From the NCBI GenBank assembly GCA_031364845.1, contig JANLWX010000088.1, positions 1 through 18,810 on the forward strand: a stretch of 18,810 nucleotides of DNA, given 5' to 3'. The notes under the pieces were generated by a model. That model made no database searches, had not been told where the DNA came from, and saw nothing but the letters and a program-made list of their open reading frames with translations. Below are positions 15,651-18,810 of this stretch, one piece after another. Made by a program: the position numbers and the translations under genes. This stretch comes from Candidatus Eiseniibacteriota bacterium. GTDB lineage: Bacteria; Eisenbacteria; RBG-16-71-46. Position 1 is the first letter of the stretch, and each line of letters begins with the position of its first letter.

Positions 15651-16832
15651 TCAGGACGAGGTGGGCGTGGCGCGGGCAGCGAACCGGCTCAACCGATCCG
15701 CTGCGGCTTCGAGTGTCTCGCGACGGCGGGCGAAATGAAAGCGCAGCCGCTGCCTGCCCGAGCGAGGGTCCGAGTAGAAACTGGAGCCGGGAACCGCCGC
15801 GACCCCGCCCACCGCCACGAGATGCCGGGCGAAGGTGACGTCGTCGTCGAATCCGAACTCCGAGATGTCCGTCATCACATAGTAGGCTCCGCCGGGTGTG
15901 AATGTGCGGAATCCCGCCGATTCGAGCACCGGAATCAGATGGTCCCGGCGTGTGCGATAGCTCGCGGCCAGCTGGGTGTAGTAGTCGTCCGGCAGTTCGA
16001 GCGCCACCGCGGCAGCGTCCTGCAGCGGTGCGGGTGCCCCCACGGTCAGGAAGTCGTGCACCTTGCGGATCGCGCCGCTCAGCGCGGGGGCGGCGAGGCA
16101 CCAGCCGATGCGCCACCCGGTCACACTGTAGGTCTTCGAGACGCCGCTGATCGTCACCGTGCGCTCCCGCATGCCCTCGAGTGAAGCGAGCGGCACGTGA
16201 ACGCGGCCATCATAGAGAATGTGTTCGTAGATCTCGTCGGTGATCGCCACTACGTCCCACTTCCGGCACAGGGCGGCGATGTGTTCCAGCTCGGCGCGAT
16301 CGAACACCTTGCCCGTCGGATTGTTGGGAGTGTTGATGACGATCGCGCGCGTGCGGTTCGAGAACGCCTGTTGCAGCTCCTCGGGATCGTACGACCACGA
16401 AGGCTCGCGCAGACGCACGAAGCGGGGCGTCGCCCCGCACAGGATCGCGTCCGGACCGTAGTTCTCGTAGAACGGTTCGAACACGATGACTTCGTCGCCC
16501 GGGTCGACCAGCGCGAGCATCGTCGCCGCCATGCACTCGGTGGCGCCACAGCACACTGTCAGCTCGGTCTCGGGATCGTAGTCGAGTCCCTGAAACCGCT
16601 GCGTCTTCGCGACGATCGCGTCACGCAGGCGCTTGGCGCCCCAGGTGATCGCGTACTGATTGACGTCCTCGCGCACCGCGCGTGCCGCCGCCTCCTTGAT
16701 CGCCTCGGGAGCCGGAAAGTCGGGAAAGCCCTGAGCGAGATTGACGCCCCCGTGCTGCTGGCACAGGCGCGTCATCTCGCGAATCACCGACTCGGTGAAC
16801 CGCGTGCTGCGTTCGGAAACGTGCGATCTCAT
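15651..16832 (-). CDS. PLP-dependent aminotransferase class I/II (YbdL/kynurenine-methionine aminotransferase-like)
   Basis: NLAQGFPDF, NQYA, EPFYENY, NTPNNPTG, DEIY and PLP lysine in SKTYSVTGWRIG. True start is the ATG at 16832; the ORF-track extension overlaps the GH3 gene antisense. Confidence 0.92.
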   Translation of the reverse strand: MRSHVSERSTRFTESVIREMTRLCQQHGGVNLAQGFPDFPAPEAIKEAAARAVREDVNQYAITWGAKRLRDAIVAKTQRFQGLDYDPETELTVCCGATECMAATMLALVDPGDEVIVFEPFYENYGPDAILCGATPRFVRLREPSWSYDPEELQQAFSNRTRAIVINTPNNPTGKVFDRAELEHIAALCRKWDVVAITDEIYEHILYDGRVHVPLASLEGMRERTVTISGVSKTYSVTGWRIGWCLAAPALSGAIRKVHDFLTVGAPAPLQDAAAVALELPDDYYTQLAASYRTRRDHLIPVLESAGFRTFTPGGAYYVMTDISEFGFDDDVTFARHLVAVGGVAAVPGSSFYSDPRSGRQRLRFHFARRRETLEAAADRLSRFAARATPTSS

Positions 16833-16842
16833 GAGGTCATCC

Positions 16843-16871
16843 AGTGTATATCGCCTGAAGGCGGCCCCCAA
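16843..16871 (-). promoter_or_regulatory. Putative promoter for the aminotransferase-S41 pair
   Basis: Minus strand TTGGGG (16871-16866), 17 nt, TACACT (16848-16843), 10 nt, ATG. Confidence 0.45.
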
Positions 16872-17056
16872 CGGGTGTTTTGCAAGGTCGCGGTCAACAT
16901 CCCGGCCCTCGTCCCAGCATCCACCTTGATGCGCGCATCCGCTCACCGCGAGCGACTTCGGACCAGCGTGCCCGCCCGCCGGACCAGCGGAGCGGCGCGC
17001 GCCGACGCTGACCTGCGCGTGACGCTCGCCCACGACCTGCCGCGTTCTACGGGCGG

Positions 17057-17085
17057 TTGACAGGGTTTCGCCCGCCCCCCACCTT
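17057..17085 (+). promoter_or_regulatory. Putative promoter for nagZ (leaderless geometry)
   Basis: TTGACA (17057-17062), 17 nt, CACCTT (17080-17085), 8 nt, ATG 17094; the sequence before the ATG is C-rich with no SD. Confidence 0.55.
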
Positions 17086-17093
17086 CCCCCGCC

Positions 17094-18584
17094 ATGGACG
17101 CTCAGCGCGGCATTTCCCGTCGTATGGTCATCGGCCTTCCTCCCGGCGGTCTTGCGCCCGCATGGGAAAAGGATTTTTCGGCTTATCCCCCGGCCGGCGT
17201 GATCCTGTTCCGCCGCGACTTTCGCGACCTCGACGACCTGCGGCGCCTGACGACTCATCTGCGTTCGCTGGCCCGTCCGCGCCGGCTGTTCCTCGCGATC
17301 GATGAAGAGGGCGGGCACGTCTCGCAGCTCGCCGGGCATCTGGTCGTGCCGCCCAACGCGCTGACCCTCGCCCGGGGGGCCGGGCCCGGGGACCTCGAAT
17401 GGATCGCGCGTGTGACGGGTACCCGGCTGCGGGCACTCGGCATCGACTGGGTATTTGCGCCCATCGCCGACATCCACTCCGAGCCGCGCAATCCGGTGAT
17501 CGGGCCCCGCGCCTATGGCTCGACGCCCGCGGAAGTCTCGAGCCGGCTCGCAGCACTCCTGCGCGGATACGCGGCTGCCGGAATCGCGACCTGCCTCAAG
17601 CACTTTCCCGGTCACGGCGACACGGTGACCGACTCGCACCTTTCGCTTCCGGTGAATGCTCACGCGCTCGGCGTGCTCGAAGCGCGCGAGTTCGTGCCGT
17701 TCCGCGACCACGTGAGCGTGCCGTCGATGATGACGGCGCACGTCGTCTATCGCGCGCTCGATCCCGGGCAGCCGGCGACGTTCTCACGCGCGATCGCACA
17801 CGATCTGCTGCGGGGAACGATGGGATTCGCGGGCGTGACGATCACCGACGCACTCGAGATGAAAGGTGCCGCCGCCGGACGCGAGCCGGCCGAGATCGCG
17901 CGACTGGCGCTCGAAGCCGGCGCCGACCTGCTGCTGTTCGCGTTCCACGACGATGCGCTGCGGCGGGTCCGGCTCGAACTCGCCCGCGCGCTCGCCGACG
18001 GTGCGATCGACCGATCGAACTTCGACGCCGCGCGCCCGCGGCTCGAAGCGTTCGGCCGCGCGTTCCCGGAACCGACCGCTGAGGAACTGGCGACGCCGAT
18101 CGAGGCACTCACCCCACCCGACTGGGAGCCGCGCCTCGAGCGGATCGTCGAACGCGCCCTGATCGTGCGCGGTGCGCTGACCGCCAATGCCACATCCGGC
18201 CCCTGGCGGGTCGTGAATGCGGGGCCCGACACGCTCCCGCCGCTCGCCGCCGAACTCGCCGCCCGTGGAATCGTCGCCGCACCTGACCCGAAGGACGCAG
18301 AAGTGCCGCTCGCGCGGGAACTCGCCGAAGCGGGTGTGGAGATCGACGATGCCCGCGCCGTCGCGCAGGTGGCCGTCGTCGCCACGCGCCTCGCGCTCGA
18401 ACCCGCGAAACTCGAAGCCCTCCGCGCGCTCTGCCGCGAACTCCCGACCATCGTCGTCGGCCTCCAGAACGACGCGTTCCTCGACGAAGTCCCCGAAGCC
18501 GCGATGACGCTGTCGGCGGGAGACGCAACCCCGCTCACGCGCCGCGTGGTTGCACGCACGCTCGCGGGAGTGCGGCGCGCGTGA
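17094..18584 (+). CDS. nagZ: GH3 beta-N-acetylhexosaminidase (NagZ-like) with a short C-terminal domain
   Basis: GVILFRR, AIDEEGG, FAPIAD, NagZ signature KHFPGHGDTVTDSH, MTAHV and nucleophile region ITDALEM; no signal peptide seen. Confidence 0.9.
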   Translation: MDAQRGISRRMVIGLPPGGLAPAWEKDFSAYPPAGVILFRRDFRDLDDLRRLTTHLRSLARPRRLFLAIDEEGGHVSQLAGHLVVPPNALTLARGAGPGDLEWIARVTGTRLRALGIDWVFAPIADIHSEPRNPVIGPRAYGSTPAEVSSRLAALLRGYAAAGIATCLKHFPGHGDTVTDSHLSLPVNAHALGVLEAREFVPFRDHVSVPSMMTAHVVYRALDPGQPATFSRAIAHDLLRGTMGFAGVTITDALEMKGAAAGREPAEIARLALEAGADLLLFAFHDDALRRVRLELARALADGAIDRSNFDAARPRLEAFGRAFPEPTAEELATPIEALTPPDWEPRLERIVERALIVRGALTANATSGPWRVVNAGPDTLPPLAAELAARGIVAAPDPKDAEVPLARELAEAGVEIDDARAVAQVAVVATRLALEPAKLEALRALCRELPTIVVGLQNDAFLDEVPEAAMTLSAGDATPLTRRVVARTLAGVRRA

Positions 18585-18611
18585 GTGCTGCAGTCACTCG
18601 CTGCAAAGGCA

Positions 18612-18800
18612 AGGCCCGTTTAAGAAACGGCCTCAACAGCGTCTGAAGAAGTACGCTTCGCGTCTCCTCTCAGTCGAGTAGCCCCGGCGGTTTCGACAAC
18701 CGGGGCCCTCGCCAGATCCGGACTAGGAGATTGCCACCATCCGGCTCTTCCGTTGGTGCGGCTCGCGGCGATCGCCCCATACCGATACGGTGATGAGGGG
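18612..18800. repeat. Cluster of short inverted repeats in non-coding DNA (possible REP/MITE-like element or structured RNA)
   Basis: Hairpins at 18612-18632, 18653-18663, 18681-18706 and about 18775-18800; no convincing ORF; truncated by the window end. Confidence 0.35.
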
Positions 18801-18810
18801 TGCAGGAAGC

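Noticed and set aside
16880..17050. Possible SAM riboswitch or small gene upstream of the aminotransferase
   Set aside because: No recognisable riboswitch consensus; the likely promoter lies downstream of this stretch; only a short GGACCAGCG direct repeat and an unconvincing GC-rich frame.
16833..17741. Apparent 303-aa N-terminal extension of the aminotransferase (fusion)
   Set aside because: It runs antisense through nagZ; family similarity begins at the ATG at 16832, which has its own promoter-like element.
18670..18730. Resemblance to a glmS ribozyme core on the minus strand (GGCGAGG...GGTTGTCGA)
   Set aside because: Lacks the AGCGCC cleavage-site segment and the CGGCGGAUG element; the orientation does not lead into a glmS gene.
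1..18810. CRISPR arrays, tRNA/rRNA genes, transposases, prophage genes
   Set aside because: None seen; no regularly spaced repeats or relevant protein motifs on either strand.

Overview
High-GC bacterial chromosomal segment from a probable diderm organism (it has a GT9 heptosyltransferase-like gene, a lipoprotein cytochrome c and a periplasmic S41 protease), densely coding and mostly housekeeping. In order: the 3' end of an M1 aminopeptidase (+); a three-gene ABC-2 exporter (-); a secreted CHRD-domain protein with an IPTL/PEP-CTERM-like sorting tail (-); a monoheme cytochrome c lipoprotein (-); a minus-strand run of transsulfuration PLP enzyme, exported TPR protein, cysteine desulfurase, mnmA and a Cys4 SAM methyltransferase; a GT9 glycosyltransferase (+); an SPFH plus Arc/ribbon-helix-helix pair with a perfect 14-bp upstream palindrome (-); a DUF62 SAM hydrolase (+); an S41 protease and class I/II aminotransferase (-); a NagZ-type GH3 (+); and a hairpin-rich non-coding tail. 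I saw no transposase, CRISPR, rRNA or tRNA. The best leads are a methyltransferase translationally coupled to a CXXC-type mnmA/desulfurase unit, a CHRD protein with a variant sorting signal and a long structured leader, candidate operators for the SPFH-RHH and ABC operons, and repeated leaderless-type promoters. Many start codons were reassigned from the ORF track using Shine-Dalgarno (SD) sites and stop/start overlaps. All assignments come from motif recognition only, with no database searches.
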